Below are positions 51,859 to 64,000 of a stretch of 64,000 bases of DNA, piece after piece. The stretch's first letter is position 1, and each line of letters begins with the position of its first letter. A program made the position numbers and the translations under genes. The notes below the pieces were generated by a model that did no database searches, was not told where the DNA came from, and worked only from the letters and a program-made list of their open reading frames with translations. This DNA comes from the human T2T-CHM13v2.0 reference genome, Homo sapiens: assembly GCF_009914755.1 (NCBI RefSeq), contig NC_060935.1; one strand, 5' to 3'.

Positions 51859-54217
51859 GCTTTTTTATCTAAAAACAAAATCCCACAGTCAAAGAGCTTA
51901 GAAGTACAAAAGAGAAAAAGGCAATCAGAGCTGCAGGGGGGCTGCAAATCACATTGATTTGAAGATTAAAGATACACGATTGAATGAGACAAAAGTAATG
52001 CAAATTCCATGCCGAATTCAGTCACAACGAAATCATTTTGCCTAGTTCACAAAATGGTACTTTTTTTTTTCCTTTTATCTGTTTCAGCTCTTCCTAGGCC
52101 TTGAAAAAAACAAAAGTGCTGACAGACTGTGAGGTCACACATATTGACAGTAAATATTTCATGCCCAGGGCAAAATGATTAGAATCATCATATTTGAAAA
52201 TTTTAATCCAAAGCCTTCTACCTGGTGTCTTTTTATATAACTGACCTCATTTTCCACAGGAGCCAAGTAGAATCATTCAGCGCTTTCTGCATCTGCCCTA
52301 TTCCTTTCACATCAGCATTTCAGTCTGCTTCACTTTCTTCCCTTTGCTTCCCAGGCACTGACTTTCTCAATGCTTAGCCCCTTATTGCTGTTCCCATTCT
52401 CTTTTAAGATATCACTTTGTCCTTCAACTTCACACATTCTTTAATACGTTAAACAATAAAACTCATAAACCTACATTTGTATTTTCAGCCCTATCTTTAT
52501 GCTTCTACAGCATTTCCACTAAATATCTCACTGCTGTATCTAACAAGATGTCCAAAACTTGTCTTTACACTTAATTAATATCATACCGTATAATCATTTT
52601 TCCATTATTACTGTATTTATGTGAGTAACATCATAATCCTTGTACTTTTTCATATTTTAAATATTGCCTTTTCTTTGGCAAATTTATTTCTTCCAAGTCT
52701 GGTATAACATCAGGTCAAACATCATTATTAAGCCTGCCCAGTTTCTCTTGTTAGTTTGTTACTAGCCTTAATTAGGCTTTTTTTTAATAAACTCACACAC
52801 CTAAACTGCTACATTTCACTCATTTGACAAATATTAATTGCGCTCCAATAATATGCCAGGCTCTATGCTCAGAATTTACAGTTTTTACAAAGCTAGATAT
52901 GCTGCTTGACGTCAAGAACCTTACCTTCTCCAAACAGAAAAGGATTATGACAATATGGGAATCATGGGGTGCTGGGGATGTAAAGATGAAAGAAATTTTT
53001 TGATTTGTCCTAGCTGCTGCTTCTTCAATTCACACAGCATATCCTTACTGTGAGTATGTAATCTGTTTTAGTCACTGGTGCAAAATAGATACCAACAAAT
53101 AAGACAAAAAGAAAATGAGTATTATATGTCATCTTCATTTAATGTGTATGTGCCAGGCACTTTGGATGTTTCTAGGCATAAATACAAAATACATTTTTGG
53201 AAAAGTGTAGTTAATTTATAGTAGCTCATAGATAGTAAAATAAATATTACTTTAAACAAATAATTAAAGCATACTTTTCCCAAATCTTAAAATGTTTCCT
53301 TTTATGCTTGTGTATTATCTTCCCAACTAATCAGATGCTATATTGTAAAACATGCTGTAGTCTTGAAATAATTTTTATTGAGGTTTGCTTTTTCATGAAT
53401 TTATAGCCTTTTATTTGCTCTTTACTGAATGATTTCTGAGAGGGCAATGTCTGATTCATATTTCTATGTCTTAGAGTGATAGTTCATTATTTTATACTTA
53501 ATGTTCTTTCATATATCTATATATTGGTAATTTTTCTTTCTCAAGCTTTTTATCCATTACATACCATTCCTCCAATCTGAAGTTCTAATTTCTTTCAAGA
53601 GCTCCAAATGAGTGCCTTACAAAAGCTTTGTTAAAGTGAATGCATTATTGTTTACTATTTCTAAAAAAATTTCATCAAAACACTTCAGAAGCTGGATTAT
53701 ATAGAAGCTGTCATGTAAGTCAATTTTTAATATCATTATTTAAATATGTCAATGTTCAGCTTGAAGGATGGACCTCAGGCCTTCTAGTTCATCTTGCCCA
53801 ATTGTTTGGTCAACATAGTTCTGGATATTACACCTGCTGTTAGTTAAAATATGCTTTAGTTAAAATATGCACTGCTGCCTCCACTGAGTGTTCCCAGTAC
53901 ATCCCTCCTGCCTTAGGTTCTGACACCTGCAAACCATCATTTGAGCTAATTAAGATAATTGTTTTCCCAAAGACTGCTTGGCCAAGGAAAAGAGAAATCA
54001 TTAGAGTAGCTTCCTTCTTTGGATTTATCTGTACAATGCTTATTAGTTACTAATTACAGTTCAAACAATTCGAAATTTCTGACTTCGTACCTTACTAACG
54101 AGAGATTTCTCACAGTGAGGAATTAGCCAATTATTTTTACAGTTTATATCAAACTTCATTATTATATTTTAAGCTTGGAGGGTTACTAGATTCTTTTTAA
54201 ATATGACATTTCCTTTA

Positions 54218-54263
54218 GCCAGAAGACATGTACACTAATTGCCAGAAGACATGTACACTAATT
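54218..54263. repeat. Perfect 23-bp tandem duplication
   Basis: gccagaagacatgtacactaatt twice. Confidence 0.95.
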
Positions 54264-54359
54264 GTCTAATGTTTGGAAAGAAATTTGGGAAGATAGGAGA
54301 TAGAAGTAAATAGTTAATTTCAGCATATGATAGGTAAAGAATCATTATACATCATATAG

Positions 54360-54674
<315 letters not shown>

Positions 54675-55199
54675 CATACATATTACTTCTTAAAAATAAT
54701 TTTTGTAACCTATTGTGTGTATGTATGTGTATATATACATATATGAATTTTTATAGTCTTATGTTACTATTTTGTAGGATTAAATTGATACTGATGTAAT
54801 TCATTCCATTGCCAAAAATTTCAGCTTGCTCCTCCCAATACCTGCTTCTATTAATTATTTAAAAATCTTCAAGATGTGGAAAGAAAATCTTTCTTTTTCA
54901 AATTTACTCTCCACTACTTCCTTTTACAACTTCCATATTCCATTTTTTATTTCCACTTATGAAATACATTATACAGACTTCATACCTTCATAAATTCTCT
55001 TCTCAGATTTCCATGTCCTCATTTTTATAATTTACTGACCTTTCAACACCAACATGCAAATAAAAATAACACATTCTACATGAAGTCCTTCCTAAAACTT
55101 TACCTCCTAATAAATACTTTAACTCTACTATTATATCAATTTAACTGTGATTCTATTATGTTACTAATTATATCCTATTAATCCAAGAATCCCTACATT

Positions 55200-56020
55200 T
55201 TACAGTCAAGATAAAATGTAGGCATAGAAGAGAGTTAAGTAAGATGGATATGCTCCATGTTGTTATAGACCTTACCTCATAGCATAACAGATGGATGTGG
55301 AGCAAGTAATAATGCTGAAGTATGATTGGTATTATGCTAAGGGGATTAATTTAAATTATGTAAACATAAACATAAATATGTAAAGCATAAGCTAGACTTC
55401 TATAGAAACATTTAAGAAATAAGACAGTTTGAAAAAAAATGAGTAAGGTAGTGTTTGAAGAGATAGTGTACCAGGAAGGAAAAGGTATCTGGTAGAAGGC
55501 TGAGGATTGGGAGGGATTATGACAAATGTGAGGAATTATAAGATGAGCATAGTAGCGGGAACATGAATGTGGCTGGAGAGGCAACTCAGAGGGATATCAT
55601 TATTTGATATAAAGGGCAATTTGAGAACTCTGAACTATTTAGTGAAGTGAATGATTCGACGATATTTATAGTTTGGGAGAGCTCTCTAACTGTAGTCTTA
55701 AAGATGAGTTGGTAATTAGAAAACAAGCCATAAGCAGCGACAGTGATGATGAGCAAAATTACAGAGATTTTGTATAAGTAGTAATTTGAAAAATATTTTG
55801 GGGGATTTATAAAATTTGGCAATAGCATAAATGTGAGGAAAAGAGTGAAGAAAGAGATAGGAATGTTCATATTTCTTTGTTGAGCAATTAAGTGCTACAT
55901 TATTCTGAGATGTAAATCAACATGTCATAAGTAATGGGAGTATTTGAAGCTTAGTAATTATCATATTAATTTAACAATACTTAAGTGAGATCAAAGTGAA
56001 GATATTGAGCTATCTTTAAC
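55200..56020 (-). mobile_element. L2 relic
   Basis: Purine-rich L2-like tract (gaatgtggctggag, aaatgtgaggaaaagagtgaag...ttgagcaatt). Confidence 0.45.
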
Positions 56021-56534
56021 TGGAGATATATATAGATATATCACATATATAGAGAAAGAGTGCAATTGAAGAAGATAAATAACTTAAAAAATGGATGAGA
56101 TTTATTTTTGAGATAAAAAATGTGTCTCAAAAAATTGCATAATTAACTTAATGCAATAAACCTCAACAGAATAGATAAAAATAAATCCAAATAAAAGGGT
56201 TTCCAAGCAAATTCTTTCTAGGATTGAAGTTAAATGAAGTACCAACCATATCAAAGCTTACACAACCTTTTATCAGTTGAATATGCTATTGATACCAAAC
56301 TAGGCAAGAGTAATTTCATAATTGGAAATAGATGTAAAATTCCTGGCAACCTATTAGGAAGCTAAAATGAGCAATATCTAAAAATAAAACAAATTATCAT
56401 GAAAGTGCCATTCCCTTATATCTCCCCATGAGAATCAGGATAATTTAACATAGAAATATAAGGCTTTTCTGATGGTTCTGTGGAAGATTAGATATTTGGA
56501 GAGTGCATCTTGTCCAGAATTATTAAAATGCTGT

Positions 56535-56645
56535 TATATATATAATCTATATACATATAATATACATATTTACACACACTCATATTATATGTATATATTG
56601 TATAATATGCAAACATATATACATAATATATATGTATACATTTAA

Positions 56646-56688
<43 letters not shown>
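56535..56688. repeat. (TA)n/(TG)n compound microsatellite
   Basis: Direct reading. Confidence 0.88.
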
Positions 56689-56690
<2 letters not shown>

Positions 56691-57089
56691 CATTTGGCGA
56701 TTGTCACATGGCCATGTTAAAAAATTAAATTTGAGAATAAATGAGGAGGAATTAATACATTTCATTAGTAGAACATTTTCCAACCCTAAATGACATGGAG
56801 TTAGAATTTCATATAATAAATAGTATAGGATTAGGAGGCAAATCTGGATACCAGCAGGGTGGAAGGTCAAACTAATCTCTCTCCCATTCTAATGCTGAGT
56901 TCTCCAGCAAAGGACTGTAGAGGAAGATAGCAGATATATTCGGCTTTATCAGAATGAGATTTAACTGTGTATAGGCCTAAAAAGCCAAGATTAAAATTTA
57001 ATTTGAAATAATCTATAGTTTGTTGTGCCTGTCAATTGTCTAACGTAAACAAACATATACATTATTTGGAAGAATATAAACAAATAACT

Positions 57090-57429
57090 CAGACTTTGAA
57101 AAAACATGGAGTAGCAGGGGCCAGATTTACCATCTTATCCAAACAAAATTTAAAAATGGATGAAAGGATACAAAGCAATGGTTTTCCAGACACTGGATAT
57201 TAGGCATAGAGGGCACTGATCCTTGATAGATAGTAAACAAACAAATAAAGAAACAGAAACAAGCCTTATGATTGCCTGGAGAGAGTTTCTAGGCTGCAGT
57301 ATAAGAAAACCAAGGAGGAGTCTGGTCTTTTCACTGAAATGATGAGAAAGCTAGATGTATGGTGAGGCCAAGAAGACTAGATTTTAATAGGGAAGAGTTC
57401 CAAGATAAGAGCTACACAGACAGAAACCT

Positions 57430-57430
<1 letters not shown>
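57090..57430 (+). mobile_element. Ancient L1M 5'-region fragment
   Basis: aacatggagtagcaggggccagattt...aatggttttccagacactggatattaggca resembles L1MC/MD 5' ends. Confidence 0.45.
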
Positions 57431-58609
<1,179 letters not shown>

Positions 58610-58992
58610 TGACTGTGTAACCAAGTGAGATAACATGTTAAAAGAAAAATAAAATGACAAATCAATATTCCTCAAAAACACACTCTAAAATTTGTACCAG
58701 AATTGCAGCAAATTGAATCTAACAATATAACAAAATAATAATTAATCATAAGCAAGTGTTCATTGCAGGTGCAAGATTGATTTAATGTTAGAATGTCAGT
58801 CAAAGTAAATCATGTCACCACATTTAAAACATACATATGGCCATTTAAATTGATGCAGAATATCATTTAATAATATTCAATTCAGCATTTATTTTGAATT
58901 TAATAAACTAAAGAAACTAGAAATGTAAGTCAACTGCCTCAATCTGATAAACATCATTTACTAAAAAACCTAGAGCTAATATCACATTTAAT

Positions 58993-59700
<708 letters not shown>

Positions 59701-60592
59701 GTGAGATGTGTATCTTACATTTAATGGTTAAAAAAAAACTGGACTCTTCTCTGCTAAGGTCAGGATCGAGGAAAGGATACTCACTTCTATTCAATCTTTC
59801 ACTGGAGGGTCTAACAATATAGTAAGTAATATAAATGTATATACATGTATATTTATCACTAACAACAACAAATGTGTTTTGAATATATTAGCTAAAATAT
59901 TATATAATGATATAATAATTTTATCTGTAACACATTTTTAAATGTTTGTAATATGACATACATATGTTATAATATGTCATAAAAAGTATGTGTCTAAATA
60001 CTAGTTGTTTCCAAGCATTGTTCTGTTTTACTCCCATATTTTTCTTCTAGTCTGAAGTAGTATAATTAGTAAAGCTATTAACCTTGATATCCATTATTAT
60101 GCACTTAAAAACTCTTCGAAATTGTGCGTGTGATCCATCAACCATGAGCCATTTAAATACAGATGTAAATTTCCTCATCTTTGATTGGCTTATGGATACT
60201 GCCAAATATCTGCTTCAATTTCGAAGTCTAAATAAAAATGATAAAATTCGAAAAATACATGTAGAAATTGAACTCTATTAGGAAAGGGAGAACAGAGAAA
60301 AACACATTAAATAAATTGATAACATTTATTTTCTTTTTTCCCTTTTATACTTATATGTTTAAAGATACACTTACCATCGTATAAAATTTCAGGGCTAAGA
60401 ATAAAAACCTTGTTTTGGGTTTCTTTGGAAACCAGGTCAGAAATGTCATAGGTAAGTAACCAAATGCTGCCAGTACTGAAAGGAAGCAATCCCACTTGCA
60501 GATTTCAGCTGCTGAGTACCTGCTAGAAGAGACAGGCTCCAGGTTCTAGGCCTATTATATTACTGCTTCAAACTACAGAGGCAAAGCAATTT

Positions 60593-60808
60593 GGACACAG
60601 GATGGGGAACAACACATACTGGGGTCGGGGCGAGGGAGAGCATTAGGATAAATAGTTGATGAATGTGGGGCTTAATCCCTAGGTGATGGGTTGACAGGTG
60701 CAGCAAACCACCATGGCACGTGTTTACCTATATAACAAACCTGCACGTCTTGCACATGTATCTCAGAACTTAAAATTAAATTAAAAGCAAAACAACCAAC
60801 AAAAAAAG
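60593..60808 (+). mobile_element. 5'-truncated older L1PA 3'UTR (~200 bp)
   Basis: aggtgatgggttgacaggtgcagcaaaccaccatggcacgtgtttaccta...cagaacttaaaa plus A-rich tail. Confidence 0.9.
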
Positions 60809-60897
60809 GAATTAAAATTATATATTTAATCTTTGGAAAATGTGTGAGCATTCTTAATTGCAAAAGGAAGTGCTGCTTCCTCCTTGGTTATTGCAAC

Positions 60898-61193
60898 TTT
60901 TTTTTTTTTTTTTGAGACGGAGTCTTGCTGTGTTGCCAGCCTGGAGTGCAGTGGCACAATCTCTGCTCATTGCAACCTCTGCCTCCCATGTTCAAGCAAT
61001 TCTCCTGACCCAGCCTCCTGAGTAGCTGGGACTACAGGCGCGCGCCACCATGCCCAGCTAATTTTTTGTATTTTTAGTAGAGACAGGATTTCACCATGTT
61101 GGCCAGGCTGGTCCCAAACTCCTGACCTCGTGATCTGCCTGCTTCAGCCTCCCAAAGTTTTGGAATTATAGGCATGAGCCACCGGGCCCAGCT
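60898..61193 (-). mobile_element. Alu (AluSc/Sg-like)
   Basis: Antisense dimer; TSD tggttattgcaacttttt on both sides. Confidence 0.96.
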
Positions 61194-61550
61194 GGTTATT
61201 GCAACTTTTTAGCTACTAAAGAAATAGCAGACTTGGAAGAGTCCACAGTCGCCATGGTATCAGTTACTTCAATTTGTTACTTTAATCACATTTGGAAAGG
61301 CCATTTTTTATTTTCATCATTTTATGATTCACATGAAATAGTTTTAAACTAGGCATATAATAGTTATTAATAACAAGCTAAGCTTGATTATGTTGGGTCC
61401 ACTTGGTATCTTTACCTTTGTCCTTATTTTGTAATAATAGAATAGTTATTTTATATACATTTTAGTTTTACTTTAAGCAAACATAATGTAAATATTTGCT
61501 ATCAAAAGTATATACTGCTTTTCAGACAGGTATATACTGCTTCTTAATTC

Positions 61551-61696
61551 TGTTTTGATTTTATATTTTGGTGTATTTAAAAGCCGTTTTTGTTTGATTT
61601 TATATTTTGTTAATTTTGTTTGATTAAATTTGTTTGATTAAAATCAAACACAAAATTTGTTTGATTTTATATTTTGCTGTATTTAAAAGCCATTTT
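61551..61696. repeat. Complex local duplication with direct and inverted sub-repeats
   Basis: ~40-bp unit at 61551-61590 and 61658-61696 with scrambled partial copies between. Confidence 0.85.
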
Positions 61697-63263
61697 AAAA
61701 ATATCTACAATATCACGTGAAATGAACACTAATCTATGGCTTTAAAATAAAAACACAGTGATATAAACTATTAACAGGATGTGAAGTAAACTCTATTAAC
61801 TACTGTACTATGAAATCAAGAAAGGTACGTGCTCTTTACGGTGAATGAGATGAATAAGGCACTGTCTTAAGGTGGATGTCATCACCCTTTGGAAATTAAT
61901 GTTTGCTTTAAATTTAATTTTTCACCATAATAATCTGGAATTTTATAACTACTAGTTGTGAAACAATGATTAATCAGCATATGCTTTAATGTATATTTTA
62001 AGTACATTATCTCATATAATCCCTACTGCAGCCAACCTTGGTAGGTAGATAGTAGGTAGATACTATATCAACATTTTACAGATAATGCAAATGAGGCTTA
62101 GCATAAATGAGGTAGATTAATATATAACAAACTGAAAGCTGGAAGACATAACACTGTGATTTACCATTCTGATTCACAGTAGAGGCAGTACATTTTTGTC
62201 CCTTTGTTTTCTTTGATCTCTTCTCCAGAGTAATCTTTAGCTCCTTCTTCCTCCTTTCCCTTTGCTCCCACATTCCCATATTAAGTTTCAAATCTTAGTT
62301 CATCTTCTGTAATATTTTTTCACTGTGGTGGTTTTCCTAGTCTTCTCTACTACTAAACCAGCCCCATTTTATTTTCTTCTGCTATTGAAGTACTTTCTAA
62401 ATAATTTCTGGTCTTTCATATTTTTCCAATTTATCCAACCCATGGTCTACATATATAAAAACCAGTGTTGTCATTTTTCTACACACCAATATAAACACAA
62501 ACATACACATTAAAATATGTACTCTGTTGTAATAAGAGACAAAATAGGGGAGAGAGAGGAGTCAGGAGAGAAGATTGTGGAGAATAAATGGTATTGTAAA
62601 ACTTTAGCATTGAATATTTTTATTGCAAAAAAGGAAGCTTGTTTCTTACTCTGATACACTGCAGGTGTGTATAAATTATTGACATATGCTACTACTGAAA
62701 ATGGCTGCTCCTTGTCCTTTCCTATTCCCAAAGTCAAAAATACCTTCCCCCTTTTAGTATTCTTTTCTTCTCTTATTTGTGTGTCTATCACAGTGGAGTT
62801 ATATTGAATTTCATTTCTAGGTAGTCCATTAGCATGAGCATACAAACAAAGGAATAAAATCAAGGAGGGTGATGACAGAAGAATTCTGTTTGACTCAGGA
62901 ATAAAATCTCACAGGCTCATTATATTTTCAAAAGGAAGGAGGCACTTTATGTAGGATTGACAATGATTAAGTATCTGGACAAGTAAAGGGAAACATTGAT
63001 AGGGTTATGATAAAAAGGAAATTGTTAACAGTCAACTTCCTTCTTTGATGGCAATCAAAGGAAGAATTATTATGTATTCTATTTAGAATTTTAGCATTTA
63101 TTATGTACATAGAATTTCAATCTCTCATCTGCCTTAACACTAACAATTCTTTCTTCTAGTGAAATTGAAATATACCACAGCTACCAAAGAAAGGAAATTA
63201 AGCGATTAAGAAAGGAAATGTAACTATTCATTTTTCAATTACTGGCTCAAGAATGTGAACAGG

Positions 63264-63499
63264 TCACTGCAGCCTCTGCCTCCTGAGATCAAGCGATTCT
63301 CCTGTCTCAGCCTCCCTAGTAGCTGGGATTACAGGCATGCACCACCATACCCGGCTAATTTTTGTATTTTTAGAGATGGGGGTAGAGATGGGGGTTTCAC
63401 CACGTTGGCCAGGCTGGTCTCGAACTCCTGACCTCAGGTGATCCACCTGCCTTGGCCTCCCAAAGTGGGATTACAGGCATGAGCCCCTGCGCCCGGCCT
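63264..63499 (-). mobile_element. Alu (AluS) lacking its 3' end and tail
   Basis: Begins abruptly at tcactgcagcc; internal tagagatgggg duplication. Confidence 0.92.
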
Positions 63500-63609
63500 A
63501 CTGGATGAATTTTTAACAATTGCATCTCTATAGCATGCAAGGGACATTTACTACTAAACCTGACCAGTGACTGAGTACTCATTAGCATCTTGCTGGTGGT
63601 TTATTCTGC

Positions 63610-64000
63610 TTTATTTTAGGATCATTTTCCTAGGAATGCATCCAATACCAACAGACATAAGTCACTTTCCCCAGGAAATAAAGATTTGCTTACAGAGATT
63701 TTGTTGATGAGTGCTACTGAGAACACTATTTGTAAGAGAGTGAATCAATCAGGATTGGGTAGAGAGAAGTTGAATTATGATTCACTTGTAACTGAGGCAT
63801 CAGTCAGTTGGACTTCGGAGATGAGGTGGGTTTTCAGGGATACCATGAATATATGTGAGAGGTGTGGGCCTCTGTACACCTTCGTCACACAATCACTGAA
63901 GATGGGATTCCCTTATGGTAAGGGCAAGATGTTACGTGAAGCAGCTCCCTTCAGCTTGACACTACTGCTGGAGAAGAAGTTGACTATGAGAATTCAGCAG
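63610..64000 (-). mobile_element. ERVL LTR (LTR16-like), runs off the window
   Basis: gagtgctactgagaacac...caggattgggtagagagaagttgaattatga resembles antisense LTR16. Confidence 0.55.

Overview
AT-rich, repeat-dense primate (human-like) genomic DNA, most consistent with a gene desert or the interior of a very large intron. I find no host protein-coding exon, RNA gene or CRISPR array; nearly every ORF in the supplied track is LINE-1, Alu or simple-repeat derived. Main contents: (1) a young L1PA element on the minus strand with an intact 5' end (1-5281), dead ORF1/ORF2 and an open antisense ORF0; (2) an apparently end-to-end ancient L1M element with a surviving TSD (8874-15832); (3) a second L1PA with a twin-priming 5' inversion, a perfect 15-bp TSD and a possible mini 3' transduction (16430-20789); (4) about 20 Alus; (5) ERV1/ERVL/MaLR LTRs, including a MER52 LTR nested in an Alu; (6) an LTR-less ERV leader+gag matrix fragment; and (7) DNA-transposon, L2 and MIR relics. 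I do not see a new gene system. The most interesting signals are mechanistic: the two L1PA copies share the same ORF2 nonsense codon plus several other apparently non-consensus variants, suggesting ectopic gene conversion across a ~17 kb inverted repeat, and there are several templated-insertion repair scars. Repeat subfamily names come from recalled consensus sequences, and boundaries of old repeats are approximate.
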